Positions 39,330 through 50,016 of a stretch of 64,000 nt of DNA are shown one piece after another. Source of the stretch: an uncultured delta proteobacterium (GTDB lineage: Bacteria > Desulfobacterota > Binatia > UBA9968); the NCBI GenBank assembly GCA_963816145.1, contig CAWFJP010000010.1:35531-99530 (forward strand), given 5' to 3'. The position numbers and the translations under genes were made by a program. Numbering within the stretch: position 1 is the first letter of the stretch; each line of letters begins with the position of its first letter. Below the pieces are notes generated by a model. The model ran no database searches. It had not been told where the DNA came from and was given only the letters and a program-made list of their open reading frames with translations.

Positions 39330-40265
39330 TTATAGGCGCAGCAAGCGGCGCGAATTGCTTTCCGTGAAATATTTGAAGTGCGCCGGATCGGCGAGGCCGT
39401 TGACGCCGTTGAAGGCCTTGCTCAGCGGACCCAAACCGCCGCAGTAGTCAGAACCGAAGACGATATTTTTCTCGCCCATCTTATGCACTAGGAACGCCAG
39501 GGTTGTGGCATCGGAGCTGGCGCAGTCGATCTGAAAATGTTCAAGAAAGATCTCCGAGTATTTTTTCTCGCCCTCGGGTCCTTTGTGCTTCCAGAAAAAC
39601 CGGTGCAGCAAGAGCGGTATTCCGCCACCGGAGCTGCGAATGACGATTTGCAGGTTTGGGTGGCGGTCGAAAACGCCGCTGGCGATCATGCGCAGGCAAC
39701 ATTCGGCGACTTCGCCGTCGGACAGGACGGCGTAAGCGACGCCGGCGCCGCCGTCTTCGAGCTTTTTCAGCGACAGACTCTGGGCCGTGCCGGCGCCGTG
39801 CAGAAAGATCGGCAAACCCAGCGCATTGATCTTGGCGTAAAGCGGTTCCATGGCCGGTGTGTCGACGAGCATTTCGCCATCGACGTGGGGATACATGAGC
39901 ACGGCGCGAAAGCCTTGTTTGGCCATGCGCTCGATTTCGCGCACCGACTCGGTGATGTTTTTCAAAGACAAAGCAATGATGCCGCTCAGGCGGTCTTTGT
40001 GCGGCGCGATGCGCTGAGCCAAGACATCATTGGACTGGTGCATTACCTCGAGCGCCTGGGCGCCGCTCAACTGATCGGCGTAGATGCCGGCGCCCTGGCA
40101 AATCAGCTGCATATCAATGCCGACCTCGTCCATGTCTTTGACCCGTTTGGCCAGGTCAGGGGAGTCGTAGGCGTCGATATGCGGCTTTTTGCCGGTTAAC
40201 TCGCCGATGCGCTCGGCGACTTCCGGTGCGGTGTGATGGGCGTGCCAGTCAATTACAGTGGCCAT
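39330..40265 (-). CDS. Amidohydrolase-2 family protein (ACMSD/LigJ-like)
   Basis: IDWHAHH, PIFLHG, GVFDRHPNLQI, FGSDY. Confidence 0.85.
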   Translation of the reverse strand: MATVIDWHAHHTAPEVAERIGELTGKKPHIDAYDSPDLAKRVKDMDEVGIDMQLICQGAGIYADQLSGAQALEVMHQSNDVLAQRIAPHKDRLSGIIALSLKNITESVREIERMAKQGFRAVLMYPHVDGEMLVDTPAMEPLYAKINALGLPIFLHGAGTAQSLSLKKLEDGGAGVAYAVLSDGEVAECCLRMIASGVFDRHPNLQIVIRSSGGGIPLLLHRFFWKHKGPEGEKKYSEIFLEHFQIDCASSDATTLAFLVHKMGEKNIVFGSDYCGGLGPLSKAFNGVNGLADPAHFKYFTESNSRRLLRL

Positions 40266-40500
40266 GACGCGTCTCCTTCGCTGGCTCGGTTGAGTTGGCA
40301 ATACTGCGTCTGACTTATCACAGTCAAGAGCGCAATGGTAAGTAATCGTGTGCCGCGTAACGAGTCAGTTTTGATTTCTGGCACGGTGCCCAGGCTAAAC
40401 AGATTCCTCGCTGCGCTCGAAATGACAGATTTACTGAACCGCGTCACTGTTGGGGTGATGGCGACCGCGCTTGCGAACGATTTTGGAAATTAGCCGGCGC

Positions 40501-41127
40501 CTATTTTTTTGGCGCGCCGGCGAATTCGTTCTTGTCTTTGAGGCGGCGCACCAGCTCTTCGTAGGAGGATTTGGCGATCACGCGGTTGAACTGGGAGCGA
40601 TAATTGTTGACCAGGCTGATGTTCTCGGCAACGACATCGTAGACCTTCCACTCGCTGCCGACCAATTGAACGCGGTAGTTGAGCGAGTATTCTTCGCCCT
40701 TGGTGGTGACGACTTTACTGTTCACGTCGGCATAGCCGCCGTCGACTTTTTCGGTTAAGTAGACGATTTCTGCCTCACTATAGGATTCGATAATGTCGCC
40801 GTAGGCACGTTCAAGCACCTCGGTGAACAGGCGGACGAATTCTTCTTGTTCTTGAGGCGTGCGCCGGGACCAGTTGGGGCCGAGAGAACGCTTGGCCATC
40901 TCGGCAAAGTTGAACCGGCTAAATAGCACCTGTTTGAGTTGTTCGCGCCGCTCGGTCTGTTTGGCCGGCGGCTTCAAACGGGGATCTCGCAGCACCACTA
41001 ACGCCTTGTCGACCGTGGTCTTGATCTGGTCCGTGGGCAGACCCGCACGGGCCTGGGAGGCGGCCAGTGTCACTGCCGCAATCAATAGGGCCTTTAGAAG
41101 TTTCACGGGATTATTTAGAGGGTTCAT
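40501..41127 (-). CDS. mlaC: Phospholipid-binding protein MlaC
   Basis: MAKRSLG, WKVYDVVAENISLVNNYRSQF. Confidence 0.92.
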   Translation of the reverse strand: MNPLNNPVKLLKALLIAAVTLAASQARAGLPTDQIKTTVDKALVVLRDPRLKPPAKQTERREQLKQVLFSRFNFAEMAKRSLGPNWSRRTPQEQEEFVRLFTEVLERAYGDIIESYSEAEIVYLTEKVDGGYADVNSKVVTTKGEEYSLNYRVQLVGSEWKVYDVVAENISLVNNYRSQFNRVIAKSSYEELVRRLKDKNEFAGAPKK

Positions 41128-41596
41128 CTTTATTTTCTTTCTTTTCATTTTTAGACGTAAGATCGCCGCCAACTACTTTGCCGATCAAATCGGCGATATC
41201 CGGCGGTGAGTCGGTTTCGCGGATTTTCCCGCCCGCAGGGATGATTTTATCCGATGCGCCCGGTGAGACCAAGACAAATTTGTCGCCAATCAGGCCGCGC
41301 GCCCGGACCGAGGCGATGACATCTTCCTGGAGTTTGACGCCGTCGTTAAGCCGCAGGGTCAGGCGGGCCTTATCCTCAGCCAGCGCCATGCCTTCGACAC
41401 GGCCCACTTTGACTCCGGCGATCTCCACCGGGTCTCCTGGCTTTAGACCGGCAACGGAGGCGAAATCGGCGAAAAGCACGTAGCCGTGGGCGCCGTACAG
41501 TTCCAGTTTGCCCAGGCGGATAGCGAGATATGCCAGGCAGGCCATGCCAATCAGGACAAATATGCCGACTGATATTTCAGTTCGTGTGTGATTCAC
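41111..41596 (-). CDS. mlaD: MCE-domain protein MlaD
   Basis: VGIFV, GLKPGDPVEIAGVKVGRV, GLIGDKFV..SPG. Confidence 0.93.
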   Translation of the reverse strand: MNHTRTEISVGIFVLIGMACLAYLAIRLGKLELYGAHGYVLFADFASVAGLKPGDPVEIAGVKVGRVEGMALAEDKARLTLRLNDGVKLQEDVIASVRARGLIGDKFVLVSPGASDKIIPAGGKIRETDSPPDIADLIGKVVGGDLTSKNEKKENKDEPSK

Positions 41597-41607
41597 TGTC
41601 GCAACTC

Positions 41608-42354
41608 CTAGAGTACTTGGATCGGTCCTTCGGTTCTCCCATGGATGAATTGCTGTACCACTGGATTCGCCGATGCGCAGAACTCCGCCGGCGGTGACAT
41701 GTCCTCGATAATGCCCCCCGCGAGCATAGCAATGTAGTCCGAGATTTCAAAGACTTGCGGAATCGTATGGCTGACGATGATGCCAGTATAACCGAACTCG
41801 TTCTGGGTGCGGGCGATCAGTTGATGAATGCTGGTTGCCAACACGGGGTCCAAGCCGGTGGTCGGTTCGTCGAACAGGACGATTGCCGGGTCGTTTACCA
41901 GCGCCCGCGCCAATCCCGCGCGTTTTCTCATGCCACCGCTCAGTTCGGCGGGGAGTTTGCTCCCCATCTTGCCCAGGCCGACCTGCTCCAAGCGTTCATC
42001 GACCTTCTTTTTGATGTCGCTTTCCGTCATGCTGGTTTTCTCGCGCAGGGGAAAGGCGACGTTATCGAAGACGTTGAATGAGTCCAAGAGCGCCGCGCCT
42101 TGAAACAGCACGCCGAACTTGCTGCGTACTTCGTAGAGGTCTTTTTGGCGCAATTTGGTAATGTCGACGCCATCGACAAAGACTTCGCCGGCATCGGGAA
42201 GATAGAGGGCGTTCAAATGTTTCAGCAATACCGTTTTGCCGCAGCCGCTGGTGCCGACGATGGTGGTGATCTTGCCGCTGGCGAACTCCAAATTTACCCC
42301 GTGCAGAACCTGTTGGCCGCGAAAGCCCTTATGTAGATTGGTGACTTGGATCAT
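41608..42354 (-). CDS. mlaF: ABC ATPase MlaF
   Basis: GTSGCGKT, LFQGAALLDS, LSGGMRKR, DEPTTGLDP. Confidence 0.93.
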   Translation of the reverse strand: MIQVTNLHKGFRGQQVLHGVNLEFASGKITTIVGTSGCGKTVLLKHLNALYLPDAGEVFVDGVDITKLRQKDLYEVRSKFGVLFQGAALLDSFNVFDNVAFPLREKTSMTESDIKKKVDERLEQVGLGKMGSKLPAELSGGMRKRAGLARALVNDPAIVLFDEPTTGLDPVLATSIHQLIARTQNEFGYTGIIVSHTIPQVFEISDYIAMLAGGIIEDMSPPAEFCASANPVVQQFIHGRTEGPIQVL

Positions 42355-42358
42355 GGCG

Positions 42359-43129
42359 TTAGAGCATGATGGAAGTCAGGAAGTAGTCCCAGACCAGAAT
42401 GAAGACAAACGACAAGACCACCGATTCGGTGGTCGCCTGACTGACACCGGTGGCCATGGGCGGGGCGTGAAAGCCCTTGTAGCAACAAATCCAGGTGATG
42501 ATCAGACCGAAGGAAATCGATTTGACGATGCCGCTGTAGACATCGTGGAACACCACGCTGTTTTCGATGCCGACGAAAAAACTGCCCGAGCTCACGCCTA
42601 GCATGGAAACCCCGACCAAATAGGAACCGAAGATGCCGATGACATCGAATATGGCGGTTAGGAGGGGCATGGCGATCAGGCCGGCGATGATGCGCGGCGA
42701 AACCAAATACTTAATAGGATTGATCGCCATGGAATCCAGGGCGTCGATCTGTTCGGTGGCGCGCATCGTGCCCAACTCGGCGGCCATGGCGGAGCCGGTT
42801 CTCCCCGTGACCATGAAGGCGGCTAGCACCGGCCCCAATTCACGTATTAACCCGAGGGCGGCGGCGGAACCGAGAAAACTTTCGGCGCTGAATTTGCGCA
42901 GGCTATAATAGCCCTGGAAACCCATCACCATGCCGGTGAAAAATCCCGATAGCGCGACTACCGACAGCGAATCCACACCGACGGTTTTGATGTGGTAGAC
43001 GATGAGACTTAGCTTGGCCGGGCGGCGGAACACCAGCATAATCGAAGACAGGAGAAAGTTGAACATTTTCCCCATGCCGGCGATGCGTTCTAGTGAGAAT
43101 CGGCCGATGCGCCCTACAAATGCAATCAT
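42359..43129 (-). CDS. mlaE: Permease MlaE
   Basis: RELGPVL, GRTGSAMAAELGTM..TEQIDAL, GVSQATT. Confidence 0.94.
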   Translation of the reverse strand: MIAFVGRIGRFSLERIAGMGKMFNFLLSSIMLVFRRPAKLSLIVYHIKTVGVDSLSVVALSGFFTGMVMGFQGYYSLRKFSAESFLGSAAALGLIRELGPVLAAFMVTGRTGSAMAAELGTMRATEQIDALDSMAINPIKYLVSPRIIAGLIAMPLLTAIFDVIGIFGSYLVGVSMLGVSSGSFFVGIENSVVFHDVYSGIVKSISFGLIITWICCYKGFHAPPMATGVSQATTESVVLSFVFILVWDYFLTSIML

Positions 43130-43311
43130 CAGTGTTAAAAGTGAATTAAAATGAAATGTGATTTTCGAATTAAATATAGAAAACTGCTAATCTTTGCAAG
43201 GTTTCCCGGAAAATACGCGATGCTCGTGCTGGTGCCAGAGAAAATATTTTTTGAGTTTCTCGCGCGCGCAAACGAGCCGAGATGCGAATCGAATCGAGCT
43301 TACTTACTAAC

Positions 43312-44061
43312 ATGGGCGACGATACTTTAGATACTCTCATGGATGGAAAGTTGCGGTTATACCAGAGCCGCATGGGCTACCGTTTTTCCATCGACGCGTT
43401 GCTGTTGGCGCACTTTGTCACGGTGAAAAGGCGCGAGCGGGTTGGCGATCTTGGCGCCGGCAATGGCACGATCGCGCTGTTGTTGAGCCATTTGCATCCT
43501 TCGGCATCGATTATCGGCCTGGAGGTGCAGCCGGCGATGGCTGAGCGCGCAAAGCGCAGCGTTGCCCTCAATGGTCTCGAAAAGCGGGTGGCCATCGTCG
43601 CCGGCGATCTATGCGCGATCGACTCGCTGTTTGCGCCGGCGTCGTTCGATGCCGCCGTCAGTAATCCACCGTTTCGTAAGCCCAGCAGCGGCCGGATCAG
43701 TCCGCACCAGGAAAAACAGATCGCCCGCCATGAGATCAAAGGCGCCTTGCAGGATTTCCTCACCGCCGCGGTTTATTTGCTGCGGCCCAAAGGGCGGCTG
43801 GCGCTGATCTACTCCGCTGAACGGGCGGTCGAGTTGCTCACTGCGCTGCGCGGCGCCGGTCTCGAGCCCAAGCGGCTGCGCTGGGTGCATTCGTTTGCCG
43901 GAGATGGGGCGGTGCTGGTGTTGGTCGAAGCGGTCAAAGGCGGCCGCAGCGGCGTCGAGGTAGCGCCGCCGCTGGTGATTTATCGTGCGGCCAAGGAATA
44001 TTCATCGGAAGTCGTTGCGATTGTTGCCGGTATCGCCAAACCAAGCGGTAGCGTGGCGTAG
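43312..44061 (+). CDS. tRNA1(Val) adenine(37)-N6 methyltransferase family (YfiC/YabB-like)
   Basis: GYRFSIDALLLA, DLGAGNG, SNPPF, IARHE, EPKRLR. Confidence 0.88.
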   Translation: MGDDTLDTLMDGKLRLYQSRMGYRFSIDALLLAHFVTVKRRERVGDLGAGNGTIALLLSHLHPSASIIGLEVQPAMAERAKRSVALNGLEKRVAIVAGDLCAIDSLFAPASFDAAVSNPPFRKPSSGRISPHQEKQIARHEIKGALQDFLTAAVYLLRPKGRLALIYSAERAVELLTALRGAGLEPKRLRWVHSFAGDGAVLVLVEAVKGGRSGVEVAPPLVIYRAAKEYSSEVVAIVAGIAKPSGSVA

Positions 44062-44139
44062 CCGATCGCCGATTAGAATAATTTCAAATGAACTGGCGGC
44101 GCCGCGCTCCGTTGTCGATTGCAATGATTGCTGTGAATA

Positions 44140-44601
44140 TCATTTACGCTTGGTTTGACGGCGGGCAAAGCTGCTTAAGAGTTTCTTAAATGCGTCGCGG
44201 ATCTCCGGGTCGTCTATGGTTTCGATGAAACTAGCATCGATCAAGCGCGGCGCTGTCGAGGCGGCCGGTAGCGGGCTTTCATCGGGCGGCAGGTCGACGC
44301 GTCCGACGACGAAGAAGATATTCTTGACGACGGTGCCCTTGAGTTGGTCGTTGAGTTTTGCGGCGATCATCTCCTTCATGAATTGCAGTTGCTGCATCCA
44401 TACCGGGCTGCTCACTTTGACCATCAATGTGCCGTTGCGAATCTTCTCAGGCTGGGCGTTGCGGGCGATGGCGGCGCCGACCGTTTGGTTCCAAATCGTC
44501 CAGACGCCATAGTCGTCCAGGCGCGCATTCAAGTCGAGGCGCTTGAGCGAGATTTCCAGCACGTCGCCGAGCCTTTCGATGGGCGGGTCTTTTCTAGCCA
44601 T
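44140..44601 (-). CDS. DUF721 / DciA-family protein
   Basis: WNQTVGAAIARNAQP..LMVKVSSPVWMQQL. Confidence 0.85.
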   Translation of the reverse strand: MARKDPPIERLGDVLEISLKRLDLNARLDDYGVWTIWNQTVGAAIARNAQPEKIRNGTLMVKVSSPVWMQQLQFMKEMIAAKLNDQLKGTVVKNIFFVVGRVDLPPDESPLPAASTAPRLIDASFIETIDDPEIRDAFKKLLSSFARRQTKRK

Positions 44602-44762
44602 GAGTAACGTTCCGGTGCTTCCTAGGTAACAGATCGGTGCCGCGCATGCTAGCCGGCTCGATGCCCCTTCAAGTCCATAAAAACTCTCAAAAGGGGCGAA
44701 AAATCACAACAAATTACCGCGCTAATAATTTTTATTGACAACCAAGGGAATTGTCACTAAAA

Positions 44763-44809
44763 GTACAATCTCTAGTGCACATCTGAGTGATTCACACCAT
44801 ATATTGGGA
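44763..44809 (+). promoter_or_regulatory. Tandem NrdR boxes
   Basis: GTACAATCTCTAGTGC (44763-44778) and ACACCATATATTGGGA (44794-44809), 31 bp apart, upstream of an RNR; TTGACA at 44735. Confidence 0.8.
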
Positions 44810-44839
44810 GAGATCAGGGGAGAAGGGAGAGACGGAGCG

Positions 44840-47611
44840 ATGGCAATTTTGACATCCGAGGCGACTGAACTGGGGGCCAATCAACAACCGGTCCGAGACC
44901 GCACAGGGCTGAAAATCCCGCGCTATTTTAGCCGGGCGGGGATCAGTCCTTACGACGAGGTGGAATGGGAGCTACGTACCGCCACCATTACCAACGAGAA
45001 GGGTAAAGTTGTCTTCGAACAGAGCAACGTCGAGATCCCCAAATTCTGGTCGTTGATGGCGACCCAAGTGGTGGTGTCGAAATATTTTCGCGGCCCGCTC
45101 GGCACGCCGCAGCGGGAGACCAGCGTGCGCCAAATGATCGGCCGGGTGGTAAACACGATTACCGGCTGGGGCAAGAAAGACGGCTACTTTGCCACGGACG
45201 ACGATGCCCAGGCGTTTTCCGATGAGCTGACCCATATCATGCTGCATCAAAAGGCCTGCTTTAACAGCCCGGTGTGGTTCAACTGCGGCATCGAAGAAAA
45301 GCCCCAATGCTCGGCCTGTTTCATCTTGTCGGTCGACGACACCATGGACTCGATACTCGACTGGTACCGCAAGGAAGGCGTGATTTTCAAAGGCGGCTCC
45401 GGCGCGGGCGTCAATCTGTCGAAGATCCGTTCCGCCAAAGAGCAGCTGGCCGGCGGCGGCACGGCGTCGGGTCCGGTGTCGTTCATGAAAGCGGCCGATG
45501 CCTCGGCGGGCGTGATCAAGTCCGGCGGCAAGACCCGCCGCGCCGCCAAGATGGTGGTCTTGAACATCGATCACCCCGACATCGAAGAGTTCGTCAAGTG
45601 CAAAGTCGAGGAAGAGAAGAAAGCCTGGGCTCTAATCGAGGCCGGCTATGATTCGAGTCTGGACGGCCCGGCGTACGGCAGCGTGTTTTTTCAGAACGCC
45701 AACAACTCGGTGCGGGTGACCGATGAGTTCATGCAGGCGGTGCAGGAAGACCGCGAGTGGCAGACCAAGTACGTTCTCAACGGCGAGCCCTGCGAGACCT
45801 TCAAGGCTCGCGACCTGATGCGCATGATCGCCGAGAGCACGTACTTCTGCGGCGATCCCGGCATGCAGTACGACACCACGATCAACGATTGGCATACCTG
45901 CTCCAACACGGCGCGCATCAACGCGTCCAATCCGTGCTCGGAGTACATGCATCTGGACAACTCGGCGTGCAACCTGGCTTCGCTCAATCTGCTCAAGTAT
46001 TTGCGCGAAGATGGCGTCTTCGACACCGAGTCGTTCCGGCGCGCTGTCGATATCGTGATTCTCGCCCAGGATATTCTGATCGATAACTCGTCGTATCCGA
46101 CCGCGGAGATCACCGCCAATGCGCACGCGTTTCGCGAACTCGGCATGGGCTACGCCAATCTCGGCGCATTGCTGATGACTCTCGGTCTGCCTTACGACTC
46201 CGATGGCGGCCGCGCCTATGCGGCGGCGGTGACCGCTTTGATGTCAGGGCAGGGCTATCTGCAGTCGGCGCGCAACGCCGCGGCCACCGGCACCTTCGCC
46301 GGCTACGAGGTCAACCGCCAGCCGATGCTGCGCGTGCTCAACAAACATCGCTCGCAGGCCTACAAGATCTCGCCGTCCCATGTGCCGCTCGATTTGCTCA
46401 CCGCGGCGCGCGAGGCGTGGGATCAGACCTGTGCGGAAGCGGAGAAATTCGGCGTCAAGAATTCGCAGATCTCGGTTTTGGCGCCCACCGGCACCATCGC
46501 CTTCATGATGGATTGCGATACCACCGGCGTCGAGCCCGACATCGCACTGGTCAAATACAAAAAGTTGGTCGGCGGCGGGCTGTTGAAGATCGTCAACAAC
46601 ACCGTGCCGCGGGCGCTCAAGCGCTTGGGCTACGATGTCAAACAGATCCAGGACATCGTCGAGTACATCGAGGAACATGACACCATCGAAGGGGCGCCGG
46701 ATTTACGCGACGACGATCTGCCGGTGTTCGACTGCGCCTTCAAGCCCGCCAATGGCAGCCGGACAATCCATTACATGGGCCATGTGCGCATGATGGGCGC
46801 GGTGCAGCCGTTCATCTCGGGCGCGATTTCCAAGACCATCAACATGCCTAACGAGGCGACGGTCGAGGATATCATCCAGGCCTACACGGAGTCGTGGAAG
46901 CTCGGGCTCAAGGCGGTGGCGATCTATCGCGATGGTTCCAAGCGCACCCAGCCGCTCAACACGGCGAAGGACAAAGAAGAGAAAAAGGGCGTCGCGGAGG
47001 GCAAGGAGCCGCAGGTGCTGCGCCGCCGGCTGCCCGACGAGCGCCGCTCGATCACCCATAAGTTCGACATCGCCGGCCACGAGGGCTACATCATCGCCGG
47101 CATGTACGAAGACGGCCAGCCGGGCGAAATTTTCATCACCATGTCGAAGGAAGGTTCGACGATCTCCGGTCTGATGGACTCCTTCGCCACGGCGATCTCC
47201 ATCGCGCTGCAATACGGCGTGCCGCTCAGAGGTTTGGTCGACAAGTTCAGCCATATGCGCTTCGAGCCGTCGGGCTTCACCAAGAACCCCGACATCCCGA
47301 TGGCCAAGTCGATCATGGACTACATCTTCCGCTGGCTGGCGAGCAAGTTCCTCGACAACGAGGCGCAGCAGGAGATCGGCATCGTGCAGAAGCAAGAGCC
47401 GGCCGAGACCGCGCAGCCGAACAACCATAACAATAAAGTCGTAGCGCTGGCCGCCCACGCACCCCGCGGCGGCGCGCCCGCCAGCATCAGCAGCGTTACC
47501 AGCCTGTATCAACAAGACGCGCCGCCTTGCCCGGACTGCGGCGCGATCATGATCCGCAGCGGTGCTTGCTATAAATGCATGAACTGCGGCGCTGTGAGCG
47601 GGTGTTCGTGA
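44840..47611 (+). CDS. nrdJ: Class II (adenosylcobalamin-dependent) ribonucleotide reductase with TSCPD domain and C-terminal Zn ribbon
   Basis: FNSPVWFN, QCSACFI, SNPCSEY, APTGTI, SGAISKTIN, CPDCG..C..CG. Confidence 0.96.
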   Translation: MAILTSEATELGANQQPVRDRTGLKIPRYFSRAGISPYDEVEWELRTATITNEKGKVVFEQSNVEIPKFWSLMATQVVVSKYFRGPLGTPQRETSVRQMIGRVVNTITGWGKKDGYFATDDDAQAFSDELTHIMLHQKACFNSPVWFNCGIEEKPQCSACFILSVDDTMDSILDWYRKEGVIFKGGSGAGVNLSKIRSAKEQLAGGGTASGPVSFMKAADASAGVIKSGGKTRRAAKMVVLNIDHPDIEEFVKCKVEEEKKAWALIEAGYDSSLDGPAYGSVFFQNANNSVRVTDEFMQAVQEDREWQTKYVLNGEPCETFKARDLMRMIAESTYFCGDPGMQYDTTINDWHTCSNTARINASNPCSEYMHLDNSACNLASLNLLKYLREDGVFDTESFRRAVDIVILAQDILIDNSSYPTAEITANAHAFRELGMGYANLGALLMTLGLPYDSDGGRAYAAAVTALMSGQGYLQSARNAAATGTFAGYEVNRQPMLRVLNKHRSQAYKISPSHVPLDLLTAAREAWDQTCAEAEKFGVKNSQISVLAPTGTIAFMMDCDTTGVEPDIALVKYKKLVGGGLLKIVNNTVPRALKRLGYDVKQIQDIVEYIEEHDTIEGAPDLRDDDLPVFDCAFKPANGSRTIHYMGHVRMMGAVQPFISGAISKTINMPNEATVEDIIQAYTESWKLGLKAVAIYRDGSKRTQPLNTAKDKEEKKGVAEGKEPQVLRRRLPDERRSITHKFDIAGHEGYIIAGMYEDGQPGEIFITMSKEGSTISGLMDSFATAISIALQYGVPLRGLVDKFSHMRFEPSGFTKNPDIPMAKSIMDYIFRWLASKFLDNEAQQEIGIVQKQEPAETAQPNNHNNKVVALAAHAPRGGAPASISSVTSLYQQDAPPCPDCGAIMIRSGACYKCMNCGAVSGCS

Positions 47612-47638
47612 GTCGTTGAACTTTACATAGGACGCGAG

Positions 47639-47676
47639 AAAACGGGTCGGTCGAAAACGTTCGGCCGGCCCGTTTT
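47639..47676 (+). terminator. Hairpin terminator after nrdJ
   Basis: AAAACGGGTCGGTCGAA/TTCGGCCGGCCCGTTTT. Confidence 0.7.
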
Positions 47677-47744
47677 GGTTCCCGACCAAACCAGTACCGG
47701 GAACGATGCACGATTAATTAATTTAATAGAAATTGGAGACGGCG

Positions 47745-48836
47745 ATGGCGAGCGAACAGATTTCGTTATTCGACGATGGCATCGGGCGGACGGAAGCCGA
47801 GTCACTGAGCCTGACGTTAGCATCGCGCCGGGGCCGGGCGCTCACCAAGGCCCAACGAACCTTCAATCGTCTGGTCGGAGAAGTCGAAGAACTCCGGTCC
47901 AAGATCGAGCGCGAGAGCCGGCGGCTTGACGAAGCGCTCGCCTATTACGGCCAGCACCTCCATCCACGCCTGCGCCGTCGCAGCGAATTGCGCAAAGTGT
48001 ACGTGCGCGCGCTTGCCGCCTTTATCGATGGCAAAGGGCTCAAGGGCAAACGGCTACGCGCCACGCTCTACGAGATTATCGCGACCGAACTCGAAGAGGT
48101 CCATTTCGAGGAGGGCAGGTTGGCCGATGACGACTTGCGGGATTTGTACGAGCGCCTGCACGGACGGGGAGTCGCCGACGTTGAAGCGGAGAAGATGGCG
48201 GAGGCGCGCGAGGAGATCGAATCAATGCTTAACGACTTCGGCATCGAGCTCGATCTTTCCGAGCTGAAACCGGGAGTGAGCGATGAAACCCTAGCCGCCA
48301 AGGCCGCGGAAATTGCCAACCATGTCCGAGATGCCGAGGAAAATTGGCGCTCGTCCAACCGGCCACGGCGCCAGACGCAACGCCAGCTGCAAAAGGAAGA
48401 ACAGCTACGACAAGCGGAAGAGCTGCGCAAAAAAACCGTGGCGAGCCTGTACAAACAGCTCGCCCGCGTGTTGCATCCCGATCTCGAGCTCGATCCAGCG
48501 CTCAGGGAGCAAAAACAAGCTCTCATGCAGGAGCTGACGGTCGCCTACCGCAACAACGACATGCATACGCTGCTGCGGCTCGAGCTCGAATGGATCGCGC
48601 GCGAGGAAGGCAACCTCGAACGGCTGAGCGACGAAAAGCTCGCCATCTACAATCAGACGCTAAAGGAACAGGTCGTCGACCTGCGGCGGGAACTTTACGA
48701 ACTGCCATGCCATCCGCGCTACCAGCCCATCGCCGAGTCCGACGGTCCGTTCGGCGTTACGATAAGGGCCAACGGCCCCGCTGAAGCGCGCGCACTGGAC
48801 GACGGCATCGCCAGCCATGGAAGCGAGCATTCGTGA
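47745..48836 (+). CDS. Coiled-coil protein with internal J-domain-like HPD motif; 3' end probably disrupted (intact ORF likely ran to about 48938)
   Basis: GGAG SD; LYKQLARVLHPD..MQELTVAY; apparent +1/-1 indels at about 48816 and 48857. Confidence 0.75.
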   Translation: MASEQISLFDDGIGRTEAESLSLTLASRRGRALTKAQRTFNRLVGEVEELRSKIERESRRLDEALAYYGQHLHPRLRRRSELRKVYVRALAAFIDGKGLKGKRLRATLYEIIATELEEVHFEEGRLADDDLRDLYERLHGRGVADVEAEKMAEAREEIESMLNDFGIELDLSELKPGVSDETLAAKAAEIANHVRDAEENWRSSNRPRRQTQRQLQKEEQLRQAEELRKKTVASLYKQLARVLHPDLELDPALREQKQALMQELTVAYRNNDMHTLLRLELEWIAREEGNLERLSDEKLAIYNQTLKEQVVDLRRELYELPCHPRYQPIAESDGPFGVTIRANGPAEARALDDGIASHGSEHS

Positions 48837-49327
48837 TCTCCAGTCCAGAGGGGCGTTGAGACGCTCAAGTCGATTATTCAGTCCTTTCGCGAGGAACAGC
48901 GCGCCAGGAAAAGGGACTTCCGACGGTTTCGCTTTTGATCCCGAGCGAGGAGCCGGACAGGTGATAACAATTCCGGCGCGGGAGTTTGGGTTTCGCATTT
49001 GGGATTGGGCTTAGGTGTGATTTTACCAGGCTTGCGCCATTGATAAAGATTTGACCCTAATCTCCAGGACTAATCTCCAGGAAACGTCGGCCTCTCGTTT
49101 TTGGAGCTAGAATTGGCGATATACATGTGGACCTCGAAAGACTTCCATGAGACGCTGCTGATCAGCGTACCTAGTCGTATCGGTTGTTGAGAAGTAAATC
49201 GTGCTGATACGGGCGTTCAACGAACAAAGGCGCAGTTACTTCTGTCACCAGGTAACCGTTTGAACATCGATCTGAATTGAAATAGTGGCCAGCGGGCAAA
49301 AAAACCCAACATCCCCGTCATACTCAA

Positions 49328-50016
49328 ATGGATCTTCCCAGCAAAGCGGTCGTTGATGTTTTGAGCTACTTGATGCCAGGCTTCATCACGGCTGCGATCA
49401 TGTATAATTTGACTCCTGCACCACGACCCATTCCCTTTGAGCGAATGGTTTTAGCTCTAATCTTCACCGTAATTGTGCAGGTACTAGTTTTGACACTCAA
49501 GCACTCTTTATTTCTGGTGGGATCTTGGACAATAGTTGTTGGAGCCTGGATCAATGAAATCCAACTGGTGTGGTCAGTACACTCTTCGCTCTACTCTTAG
49601 GGATGCTTGTAGCGTGGCTCGCCAACACTGATCGACTGCATGCGCGGCTCCGCAGGATGGGAATCACACAGCAAACTTCATACTCATCGGAGTGGTATGG
49701 AGCACTGTCTCAAAACCTTGGATTTGTAGTCCTTCATTTGAATGGTCAGCGACGGTTGTACGGATGGCCTGAAGAATGGCCGAGTACAGCAGAGCAAGGA
49801 CATTTCGTCATTACCATGGCCGAATGGCTTGACGGCGATCAAAGACTACCAATAACAGGCGTTGAGAAAGTAATGGTCAAAGCAACCGAAGTCGAGATAG
49901 TAGAAATTATGAGTAGCATTACTGAAGAGTTAGACGGAGGTCACAATGGGAGATCGCAAAGCGCCAACACCGCCACCAACAACACAGCGAACGAAAGTCA
50001 TACAGAGGAGTCATAA
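49328..50016 (+). pseudogene. DUF6338-like membrane protein split by one frameshift near 49578 (real or sequencing error)
   Basis: LMPGFI..FERMVLALIF (frame 1) continues as ALLLGML..SEW..VVLHL..RRLYGWPEEWPS..GHF..AEWL (frame 2). Confidence 0.7.
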
